Positions 55,684 through 64,000 of a DNA stretch of 64,000 nt are shown one piece after another. Each line of letters starts with the position of its first letter. Within the stretch, counting starts at the first letter, position 1. A model generated the notes under the pieces. It was not told the DNA's origin, did no database searches, and worked only from the letters and a program-made list of their open reading frames with translations. Where the stretch lies: the NCBI GenBank assembly GCA_963666055.2, contig CAXWPH010000007.1:1-64000 (forward strand), written 5' to 3'. Both the position numbers and the translations under genes were made by a program. This DNA is from Acidobacteriota bacterium (GTDB lineage Bacteria; Acidobacteriota; UBA890; WLXD01).

Positions 55684-57915
55684 GTGAAAACGATACTGGG
55701 ATACGCAAACGTGTGGGGGATCGCACCGGGAGAGACGCTCAACGTCATGGTGAGCACGTACGGTCCTGAGCGCTATCGAGCCGATCTGGTTCGCATCATC
55801 TGCGGTGACGACAACCCCGACCATGATATCTATCGTGAAGAAGAACTTGATGCACCTTTCAGCGGTGAGTATCCGGGCCGGTTGCAGCCGATCGACTGCG
55901 GATCCTATGCAGTGGTACCCATTTCCCTTGAACTTGACGCCCTAGACAGCTTCACCGTTTTGGCGTGGATATGGCCGACCACGCCACATAAGGGAGAGCA
56001 AGGCCTCATTGCCCGGTGGCAGGACGATCCAGCCCTCGGGTTTGCTCTGCTGATCGACGACACTGGCGCGCTTGCCATGCGGGTGGCCGACGGCGGCGGA
56101 AAGGTGGCTGAGATCAGCACGGGCGAGCCGCTGGCGATGCGGCGCTGGTATCTGGTAAGCGGCTCGTATGATGCGCTGGCGGGCAAACTCAGCGTCTGCC
56201 AGGAACCCGTCAATGTCGACCATGAAAGTCTCAAGGTCGCCAACACAACGAGCCGGGTTGAACTCAACGCCGTGGCCAAATCGGATTCACCGCTCATGTT
56301 TGCGGCATTACCCATGACGCTAGCGACAGGGAAACCTGGATCTCGATGTCACTACAATGGCAAGATCGACCGGCCGCGCCTGACTGCCCGGGCGTTGTCT
56401 GCCGCGGAACGTTCAGCGTTGGCCCGGGATGCACTACCCCATGAACGAAGCACTGACGTGATTGGTGCCTGGGATTTCTCACGCGACATTGGTGGTGCCG
56501 CCATAAGTGATGTTGGTCCTAACGGCCTTCACGGGAATACCGTCAACCTGCCATCACGCGGTTGCAAAGGTTACAACTGGAGCGGCACGGAGCAGAACTG
56601 GGGTCACGCACCACAGGAATATGGCGCTATCCATTTCCACGACGATGACCTCTATGACGTCGGATGGAAGGCGGATTTCGAATACGTCGTGCCCGATGAT
56701 CTGCGAAGTGGTGTTTACGCGGTACGGCTGAAAACCGACGACGACGAATCGTACGTTACCTTCTTCGTACGACCATCTCGGGGCACCACCACCTCAAAAC
56801 TCGCCTTCCTGGTTTCGACAGTAACCTACATGGCGTATTCGAACTATCACTGGTTATTCCATGAACGCTTTTGCGAAGTGACCGAGGCCTTGTGGACCAC
56901 GTTGGACAAAGGCGACGTTTTCCTGCAGGAACACAACGAACTCGGGTTATCGACCTACGACACCCATTCTGACGGCAGCGGTGTGCGCTATGCGTCACGA
57001 TTACGTCCGGTGCTCAATATGGCACCAAAGACCCCTTTGTGGAGTTTCAATGCCGATACCCACATTCTGGGTTGGCTGGACGCTCAGGGTATTGAATACG
57101 ATGTCATCACTGATGAGCACCTTCACGAGGAAGGTGCCGCGTTACTTGATGAATACCAGGCCGTACTGACGGGTACCCATCCTGAGTATTACACCACACC
57201 CATGTGGGACGGATTACGCGCCTATCTCGCACGAGCGGGTCGTTTAGTCTATCTAGGCGGCAACGGTTTCATATGGCGCTGCGCCCTTTCATCCGAAATG
57301 CCCGGCGTAGTCGAGTTGCGCCGGCCAGAGGACGGTATTCGGTACCGTGACGAGGAACCCGGTGAGTACTATCTGGGATTCACCGGAGAATATGGTGGTT
57401 TGTGGCGACGCCTCGGTATGGCACCACAGGCTTTGGTCGGCGTAGGCACGGTCGCCGTCGGGTTTGATGCTTCCGGTTATTACAAGCGTAGGGAGGCGAG
57501 CTTCGATCCTCGCGTGAGTTTCATATTCGAGGGCATCGGTGATGACGAAGTGATCGGCGATTTCGGTATTCGCGGCGGCGGTGCCAGTGGCTCTGAAATC
57601 GATGCTGCGGACCCGATGCTGGGAACACCGTCCCATGCCTTAGTCGTTGCTAGTTCCGAAGGCCATACTGAACATACCTACTTGGTGCCAGACGAGACTG
57701 GCTTTCATCATAGCGCCATGGATGGGGTTCAGAACCCACGCATTCGAGCGGATATGACGTTCTTTGAAACACCTGGAGGAGGTGCGGTATTCTCCGTTGG
57801 ATCTATCGCGTGGAGTGCGAGCCTTCCGCACAATGGTTATGACAACAACGTGTCCAGAATTTCGGCGAACGTGGTCCGGCGCTTCCTGGATGATAGGCCG
57901 TTTGCCATGCCGTAA
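55684..57915 (+). CDS. N,N-dimethylformamidase large subunit family protein
   Basis: LamG-like insert; TYMAYSN, LSTYDTHSDG, HPEYYT, YLGGNGF and GAVFSVGSI motifs. Confidence 0.9.
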   Translation: MKTILGYANVWGIAPGETLNVMVSTYGPERYRADLVRIICGDDNPDHDIYREEELDAPFSGEYPGRLQPIDCGSYAVVPISLELDALDSFTVLAWIWPTTPHKGEQGLIARWQDDPALGFALLIDDTGALAMRVADGGGKVAEISTGEPLAMRRWYLVSGSYDALAGKLSVCQEPVNVDHESLKVANTTSRVELNAVAKSDSPLMFAALPMTLATGKPGSRCHYNGKIDRPRLTARALSAAERSALARDALPHERSTDVIGAWDFSRDIGGAAISDVGPNGLHGNTVNLPSRGCKGYNWSGTEQNWGHAPQEYGAIHFHDDDLYDVGWKADFEYVVPDDLRSGVYAVRLKTDDDESYVTFFVRPSRGTTTSKLAFLVSTVTYMAYSNYHWLFHERFCEVTEALWTTLDKGDVFLQEHNELGLSTYDTHSDGSGVRYASRLRPVLNMAPKTPLWSFNADTHILGWLDAQGIEYDVITDEHLHEEGAALLDEYQAVLTGTHPEYYTTPMWDGLRAYLARAGRLVYLGGNGFIWRCALSSEMPGVVELRRPEDGIRYRDEEPGEYYLGFTGEYGGLWRRLGMAPQALVGVGTVAVGFDASGYYKRREASFDPRVSFIFEGIGDDEVIGDFGIRGGGASGSEIDAADPMLGTPSHALVVASSEGHTEHTYLVPDETGFHHSAMDGVQNPRIRADMTFFETPGGGAVFSVGSIAWSASLPHNGYDNNVSRISANVVRRFLDDRPFAMP

Positions 57916-57959
57916 TGATACGGTCCTGATCGCCATCCCACGATGGGGTCATGTAGACT

Positions 57960-59355
57960 TCATCTCCTCATGTTCAGTGCGGCGAACACAACGATTGAGA
58001 CCACGAGCCCCGGCCACAGCGGGTCGACCGAAAACACGTCGAGGTCGCTGAGAAACGAACCGACGTACAGAGTCAGCACCGTAGTCAGAGACAGCGTGAT
58101 GCTCCAGAAGGCGGCGTCTTTGCTGACGCCAGACATGTACACCATCGCTAGGGTCGGAATGAATAGGCCGGCAGAATTGACCGTAAAGGCGAGCAACAAG
58201 ATGTCGATGACGTCTCGCATGCCCCAGGCCATCAGAGTGGCCAGCGTGCCGATGACAAGCGACGCGCCCATGCTCATACGGAGCAGCTGTTTCGTTGCGA
58301 CCCCCGGATTCACATACCGCTTGTAGATATCGCAGGTGATATTCGCCGATGCAGTAAGAACGCAGATGTCGGCGCTCGACATCAGCGCAGCGAGAACCCC
58401 GACGAGCGCCAGGCCTTTCAGCCCTGTCGGGAACTCTTGCAGGATGAAGGTGGAGAGGATGCCGCTGCTCTCCGCGCCTGCAAACAGAATTGCAGATGTC
58501 ATGCCGAGCCAGACCGCGGCGATGGCAAACGGCACGAGAAAGGCCGCCGCAAGCAGGACGCCACGACGTGCCGCCGTTTCGCTTCTCGCGGAGAAGGTCC
58601 GAGTGAAGCTGTCCATGGCCACGAAAAAAGCTCAGTGGAATCGAAACAGCCATGCAGAGAATGGTTGGCCATCCCCAGCTACCAAGATCGAAAAAGGCAT
58701 CAGGCAGATCCGCCGTGAACGCCGCCCAGGTGCCCCCGCTGCTGATGGCGACCGGGATACCGACAAACACCACGCCGACGAACAGCAGCAGGAGCTGTAC
58801 CCAGTCGGTGTAGGTGACGGCGAGAAATCCGCCGGTGGCCGTGTACACGACGATGATGCCACTGGCCAGCAGCAAGGCAGCGGCGTAATCCCAACCCAGT
58901 AGGGTTTGGAGGATCGTTGCGGCTGCCGCCAGCTGCCCTGCGGAGAATCCGACATACGCGACGATGGTGGTGATCGTTGCGACGATACGTGTGCGGCTGT
59001 CGTATCGCGATTCGATGAAGTCGGGATACGTCAGCATCTTCTCCTGTAGCCCGGCTCGCTTCACTTGTTTGGCGAAGAACAACCCGAACAGCAGGCAACC
59101 GATAACGATCGACATGTTGAACCAGCCTGCCGAGATGCCGAACTCGAAGGCCTTGGCCGTACCGCCAACGATGGCTGCACCGCCTACCCAAGCGCCAATC
59201 CACAGGCAGGCGATAGAGAACGTGCCTGTTCTCCGGCCGCCAATGAAATAGTCTTCGATGCTCTCCTGCTGACGGCTGGCATAGATGCCGATGGCAAGCA
59301 GCAGTAAGAAGTACGCGAAGATGATGCCGGTATCCAGGCTACCCAGTTCGGTCAT
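57960..59355 (-). pseudogene. Sodium:solute symporter, frameshift at T6 tract (58624-58629)
   Basis: DYFIGGR, YTATGGFLAVTYTD and LAALMSSAD motifs. Confidence 0.88.
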
Positions 59356-59589
59356 TCTTTGCGGCCCTGTTCCAAGACTCAGCCCAGCGTGAATCGTTGA
59401 GTTCGCAGAGGTTGGGCTAACCGCTCGCTGCCCAGCTCCACGTTGGGGCCAGAGTCATGACCACATCCAAGCCAGGACCAGGCGGGCAGTAATACCCAAC
59501 GCCGCGATGGCAAGCCATACCCACGCCGGTGTTGCTTTGCTATCACTCTTGTGCAGGGGTTCGGATTGCTTTTCCATCTTCTGCCTTCG

Positions 59590-59983
59590 CTAGCAGGCCG
59601 TGGTGGGAGTGTGGCGGGCCTGGTTGCGGCGAGTTGGGGCCGGATGCAAGGCGGCCTGACGCAAGCGATGCCCTAGCAGGCCGTGGTGGAAGTGTGGCGG
59701 GCCTGGTTGCGGCGAGTTGGGGCCAGATGCAAGGCGGCCTGACACTGGCGATGCCCTAGCCATCGTCGAGGAAGGGCAACGCTGCAGATGGCCCCAAATC
59801 ACCGTAACCCTTCGGGCGACAGGGGGTTGCGCGCGTATGCTGCGTCGTTCCTCGTCAACGATGGGGTAACCATCGCCTCCTCCTCTTCTCCTTGCCTCCA
59901 CCTCGGCCTGATCCGTGCGCGCACCGAGCGCGGCCGCAAGACCCTGTCGCCAGGCCCGCCTCACTTCCACCACGGCCTGCTAG
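59590..59983. mobile_element. MITE copy 3 (59673-59983) joined to a partial copy (59590-59676)
   Basis: Two left ends; the junction is at the internal CTAG of the element. Confidence 0.85.
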
Positions 59984-60065
59984 CTGCTCGCTTGTCGGCG
60001 CCCTTCCTTAGCGTAACTGCGCTTCGTCCGCGTGTACGCATACCTCGATCTCGTTCCGTTCAGCT

Positions 60066-61049
60066 TCATGACGAATCGTTCCAGTACTCGAGAAACGCCA
60101 TCAGCGTCTGCGCCGAGTTGTCTGCGGCGAGGCTCTGGAACACGCTGAGATTGCTGACATCGTTGCCACCGGCGAGGTCCGACAGCGAGCGGAAGGCCAG
60201 GAACGGGATCCGGTTCACGTAGGCAACGTGGGCGACCGCGGTGCTTTCCATGTCGAGGGCGTCGGCCTGGAACGTCTTCCACACCCACTGCCTGTAGGCG
60301 GCGTTCTCGACGAACGTTGCACCGCTAACCCCGTTGCCACCGACCACGACTCTCGGCACTGCCTCCAGGCAGTCGCCCATCCGATCGCAGCGCGCCAGCT
60401 TCACGTCCGACGCAACGCGGGTCGCCAGTTCGAGCATGGCCGGGTCGGCGGGAAACCAGAAGCGCGTTTCCTCGACCTCAGGCTCGGGCTCGGGCTCGCC
60501 GTCTTTCCGTGTGACCCGCTGGGAGCGCGGGAACATCATGCCGTAGTTGCCGAACTCCACCGGGCGGCCGCCGACATCCCACCCATCGGGCGTCTGGCGC
60601 GCGAACAAATGCTCTTGGTATTGCCCCCACAGGGCAGGCACGGCGACGTCGCCGATCGACAGCGTCGGATTCACACCACCCGCAACACCCGAGAAGATGA
60701 TCGCTCGCACCGAGAAGTGGTCAACTAGCGCCTGCGTCAGCATCGCGGCGTTGATCATGCCGCGGCCGCTGAGCACCAGCACCACGTCGACGCCGCGAAG
60801 CGCCCCGACGTGATGGGTGCGGCCGATGATGGCCCGCGTGGACTCGACGTCGGCCTCCGCCAGCAGCTGGTCCAGCTCCAGCGGCACGGCGGACACGATC
60901 GCCACACGTGCTGTCCGTTCGGCAATGACCGACTGGCCCGTCGCGGCCAGCGGTGCGCTGAGCGCCAACGGCGTGACCGCGAGCAGCAGAGCGAGTGCAC
61001 GCACTGCTCTACGGAATCCGTACTGCAAGCGACCACTCAATCGATGCAT
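60066..61049 (-). CDS. Secreted MTA/SAH nucleosidase (PNP_UDP_1) family protein
   Basis: SGVAGG, LDMESTA and FRSLSDLAGG motifs. Confidence 0.88.
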   Translation of the reverse strand: MHRLSGRLQYGFRRAVRALALLLAVTPLALSAPLAATGQSVIAERTARVAIVSAVPLELDQLLAEADVESTRAIIGRTHHVGALRGVDVVLVLSGRGMINAAMLTQALVDHFSVRAIIFSGVAGGVNPTLSIGDVAVPALWGQYQEHLFARQTPDGWDVGGRPVEFGNYGMMFPRSQRVTRKDGEPEPEPEVEETRFWFPADPAMLELATRVASDVKLARCDRMGDCLEAVPRVVVGGNGVSGATFVENAAYRQWVWKTFQADALDMESTAVAHVAYVNRIPFLAFRSLSDLAGGNDVSNLSVFQSLAADNSAQTLMAFLEYWNDSS

Positions 61050-61262
61050 GTCGGCCTCCCTCTCGACCGCTGGGCATAATCATTACCATACCGCCAAGTC
61101 TGGAGGGTCAGCCGGACGTGCGCGCCGCACCCCCTTCCGGGTGGTGCGCGACGAGATCAGTGTGCTGTAGCGGCCGCAATTTGGGGTTTCTGGCGATGGG
61201 TCCCCCCGTGCTAGCGTCGGTACAGGCGAGCGTTCGGAATAGCTAGCCTCGGAGGATCCGCC

Positions 61263-61487
61263 GTGTCGGAGTACCGGTTGCATCAAGTCTCGTTCGCTTG
61301 CCTGAACTGCGGCTACGACTTTCAGCAGTCGATCGCTGGGCTCACGGCGGCAATGAAGTTCAACTGCAAAGGGTGCGGGTACGCCAACAAGCTCGATACG
61401 AAACAGACCCGTCAGGTTCTCCAACAAGTGCTCGAGAATGGCGGAGACGAGCTGCGGCAAGCGATGCGTAGGTTCGTCGATCGTTGA
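61263..61487 (+). CDS. Small Zn-ribbon protein
   Basis: GGAGG RBS; CLNC...CKGC. Confidence 0.55.
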   Translation: MSEYRLHQVSFACLNCGYDFQQSIAGLTAAMKFNCKGCGYANKLDTKQTRQVLQQVLENGGDELRQAMRRFVDR

Positions 61488-61548
61488 AGCGCCTCAGACG
61501 CGTAGAAAGCATCGAGCCGCGCCTGGCTGGCCGCCCGTCGGTTGCACA

Positions 61549-61567
61549 CTTCACCACGGCCTGCTAG
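61549..61567. repeat. Solo MITE right end
   Basis: cttcaccacggcctgctag. Confidence 0.6.
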
Positions 61568-61599
61568 ATAATCGCTCCGACACCCACCCGGAGTCGTCC

Positions 61600-63156
61600 G
61601 TGAACCAGGCATGGGAAACGCGTTCCGCGCCAGTCGCGGCCCTGCTGCTCGTTGTCATTTTGTCGGCTTGTGGCTCGGGCTCCGAGACGCCCGCCCCTTT
61701 GTCGTGCCCCGATTTGGTCGAGTGGGTCGGTGCCGGCATCGCTGTCACCAGCGTCGAGGACAGCCCATCTACGGACAACCTTCCACCGCATTGTAAAGTC
61801 GCGGGTACGATCGACGGCTCGATTCAGTTCGAGCTCCTCTTGCCGGCGGCCGAGGATTGGAACGAGCGTTTCGTAATGGGCGGTGGCGGCGGCTTCGTTG
61901 GCTCGATTCAGAACTCGGCACTCGCACCGTCCCCGGGTGGCAATGCCCTCGAACGAGGCTTCGCCACCGTCGGTACAGACACCGGCCACACCGGCACGGG
62001 GATCGACGGCAGCTGGGCCCTCGACAACGATGAGGCCGAGATCGACTTCGCCCACCGCGCGGTGCACCGCACGACCGAAGTGGCCAAAGAGATCATCGAG
62101 GGCTACTACGCTCGATCGATCGAGTACTCCTACTTCATCGGCTGCTCTCGCGGCGGCGGCCAGGCGATGATCGAGGCGCAGCGTTATCCGGTCGACTATG
62201 ACGGCATCGTCGCGATGGCGCCGGCGTTCAGCTGGCCGCGGCTCGCCACCGGATTCCTGCAGAACGAGCAACGCATCTACCCGGACCCGGAAGACCTGTC
62301 GGAGCCCGTCATCACGGCAGAGAATCGCGCCCTGCTGGAGCGAGAGATCCTGAGCCGATGCGACGCATCGGATGGCGTCGAGGATGGGCTGCTCACCGAT
62401 CCACGCACCTGCAACTTCGATCCCGCCGAGCTCGAATGTTCGGCAGAGCCCACCTCCTCGTGCCTCACAACGGAGCAACTCGAGGCGGTGCAGATGGTCT
62501 ATTCGGGGCCGGTCGTCGAAGGTCGCAAGGTCTTCGCGGGCTTTCCGTTTGGCGGCGAGAACGATGCGGGCGGATGGGACGCCTGGATCACCGGAGGCCA
62601 GGATGCTTCCGTCTCCGGAGTTCCGAACCTGCACTGGGCCTTCGGCACCGAGATATTCAAGTACCTGATCTTCGACGATCCGGAGTTCGACTACAGCCGC
62701 TACGACTTCGCAAACTGGGACGAGGACATTGCGGCCGCCGACCAGCTCTTGAGCGCCACCGACACGGATCTGAGCGGACTGCGCGATGCGGGCGGCAAGC
62801 TGCTCTTCTGGCACGGATGGTCGGACCCGGCGCTGACCGCTCTCGGCATGATCGACTACTACGAGTCTGTCGAAGCCGACGATCCGGAGGTGAGGGACTA
62901 CTCCCGTCTGTTTCTCGCGCCCGGCGTCCTTCACTGCGCCGGCGGGCCTGGCCCTGATCGAGTCGACTTTCTCTCAGCGATCAGCGCCTGGGTCGAGGAA
63001 GACCAGGCACCAGACCAGCTACTGGCTCAGAAGCTCGACGACGAAGGCCGGGTAACCCTGTCGCGACCTCTGTGTCCCTATCCGCAGATCGCTGTGTACA
63101 GCGGCACGGGGGACACCAGCGAAGCCGCGAGCTTTAGTTGCCAGGCGCCGCAATAG
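61600..63156 (+). CDS. Tannase/feruloyl esterase family lipoprotein
   Basis: LSAC lipobox; GCSRGG, HGWSD, PGVLHC and RPLCPYP motifs. Confidence 0.92.
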   Translation: MNQAWETRSAPVAALLLVVILSACGSGSETPAPLSCPDLVEWVGAGIAVTSVEDSPSTDNLPPHCKVAGTIDGSIQFELLLPAAEDWNERFVMGGGGGFVGSIQNSALAPSPGGNALERGFATVGTDTGHTGTGIDGSWALDNDEAEIDFAHRAVHRTTEVAKEIIEGYYARSIEYSYFIGCSRGGGQAMIEAQRYPVDYDGIVAMAPAFSWPRLATGFLQNEQRIYPDPEDLSEPVITAENRALLEREILSRCDASDGVEDGLLTDPRTCNFDPAELECSAEPTSSCLTTEQLEAVQMVYSGPVVEGRKVFAGFPFGGENDAGGWDAWITGGQDASVSGVPNLHWAFGTEIFKYLIFDDPEFDYSRYDFANWDEDIAAADQLLSATDTDLSGLRDAGGKLLFWHGWSDPALTALGMIDYYESVEADDPEVRDYSRLFLAPGVLHCAGGPGPDRVDFLSAISAWVEEDQAPDQLLAQKLDDEGRVTLSRPLCPYPQIAVYSGTGDTSEAASFSCQAPQ

Positions 63157-63232
63157 ACAGACGTACCGTTTCTGTCAACCACGCGCAACGCTGAGATCGC
63201 CCGCAACTGCCCATCTGTCCGCAGGATGGCGG

Positions 63233-63874
63233 CTACTCCTCGATCAGCACGGCGCGCGCCGGTGCGCCGTCGCTGCCAACGATCTTCAGCGGCAGACACA
63301 CGAGCCGGTACCGACCCGCCCCGACGCCCGATAGATCCAGTCCCTCTACGATCACAACACTGGATCGGAGCAGGATTTCATGCGTATCGGGTGGATCGTC
63401 GAAACGCTGAACCGAGAGGTAGTCGACACCGATGAGGCGAATGCCTCTATCCACCACCCCGCGGGCGGCATCGGCGTCCAACGCCACGTAGTCGCGCTTG
63501 AAGTCAGCTCGGGCGTCTTGCCATGACTCCGAGTTCTTCGTTCGCAGTAACAAGCGCTCCGTCTTCGGGGCCACGCCCGCCGCGACGAGCACCTCCGGGG
63601 TAACGACGCCGGCGTCGCCCAGATCTACGACCGTCGCAGGACCGATGAGGGTGGACAGATCGAGTGCCTCGACAGTGCTGCCCTCGTCAACGAAATGCCA
63701 GGGCGCATCGACGTGAGTCGCAGCGTGCGCGCTCATGCGAATGCTCGTCACGTTGCACTCGTCACCGGCGGAGATGCGCATCTCGCTACGCATCTCGAAA
63801 TCCGCGTCGCCCGGCCATGTGGTCACGCCCGGTTGCAGCGGTATCGAGACGTCGTGGATGACAGGTACACGCAT
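63233..63874 (-). CDS. Cyclase family / kynurenine formamidase-like protein
   Basis: HAATHVDAPWHF, GVDYLS and DGAPARA motifs. Confidence 0.9.
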   Translation of the reverse strand: MRVPVIHDVSIPLQPGVTTWPGDADFEMRSEMRISAGDECNVTSIRMSAHAATHVDAPWHFVDEGSTVEALDLSTLIGPATVVDLGDAGVVTPEVLVAAGVAPKTERLLLRTKNSESWQDARADFKRDYVALDADAARGVVDRGIRLIGVDYLSVQRFDDPPDTHEILLRSSVVIVEGLDLSGVGAGRYRLVCLPLKIVGSDGAPARAVLIEE

Positions 63875-64000
63875 GATCGTCGAAGGCTCCTGCTGGTTTG
63901 GTCGGCCTCGGGACGGGGATCGTCGGCGACATTGTAGTCACCCAGAATCGCCCCAGCGATGGTACCCAGACAGCTCACCAGATAGCCTGCCAGCCCGGCG

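Noticed and set aside
49051-59983. Repeated small ORFs (TPSLTRNDAAYARNP...)
   Set aside because: They are translations of MITE copies with no evidence of being genes.

Overview
GC-rich bacterial accessory region. The Acidobacteria-type VWA protein and the expanded Ser/Thr kinase-PD40 family suggest an Acidobacterium (inference). It falls into three parts. (1) 1-18.6 kb: a mosaic of secreted beta-propeller proteins and hydrolases, joined by short remnants of the 3' tail (NWFxELKRLVPTDP*) and 5' head (MIGKTLGHYEI) of one kinase-PD40 family. (2) tRNA-Lys and tRNA-Glu, followed by a ~22 kb island bounded by a 42-bp tRNA-Glu repeat. The island has a satellite (PICI-like) core: integrase, Xis/AlpA-type HTH, DnaB_N-AAA helicase with iteron-like repeats, a PLD-like domain fused to a Nu1-type small terminase, and an HNH gene. 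It also holds a nested element at a tRNA-Leu half carrying Mrr and HEPN-like/HhH cargo, plus further orphan half-tRNA att sites. (3) 41-64 kb: a collagen-like gene, IS21, the VWA gene, and amide-catabolic genes (dimethylformamidase-like, amidohydrolases, SSS transporter) bracketed by a 279-bp CTAG-targeting MITE. Many genes are frameshifted, often at homopolymers. All calls were made by eye from motifs; no database searches were run.
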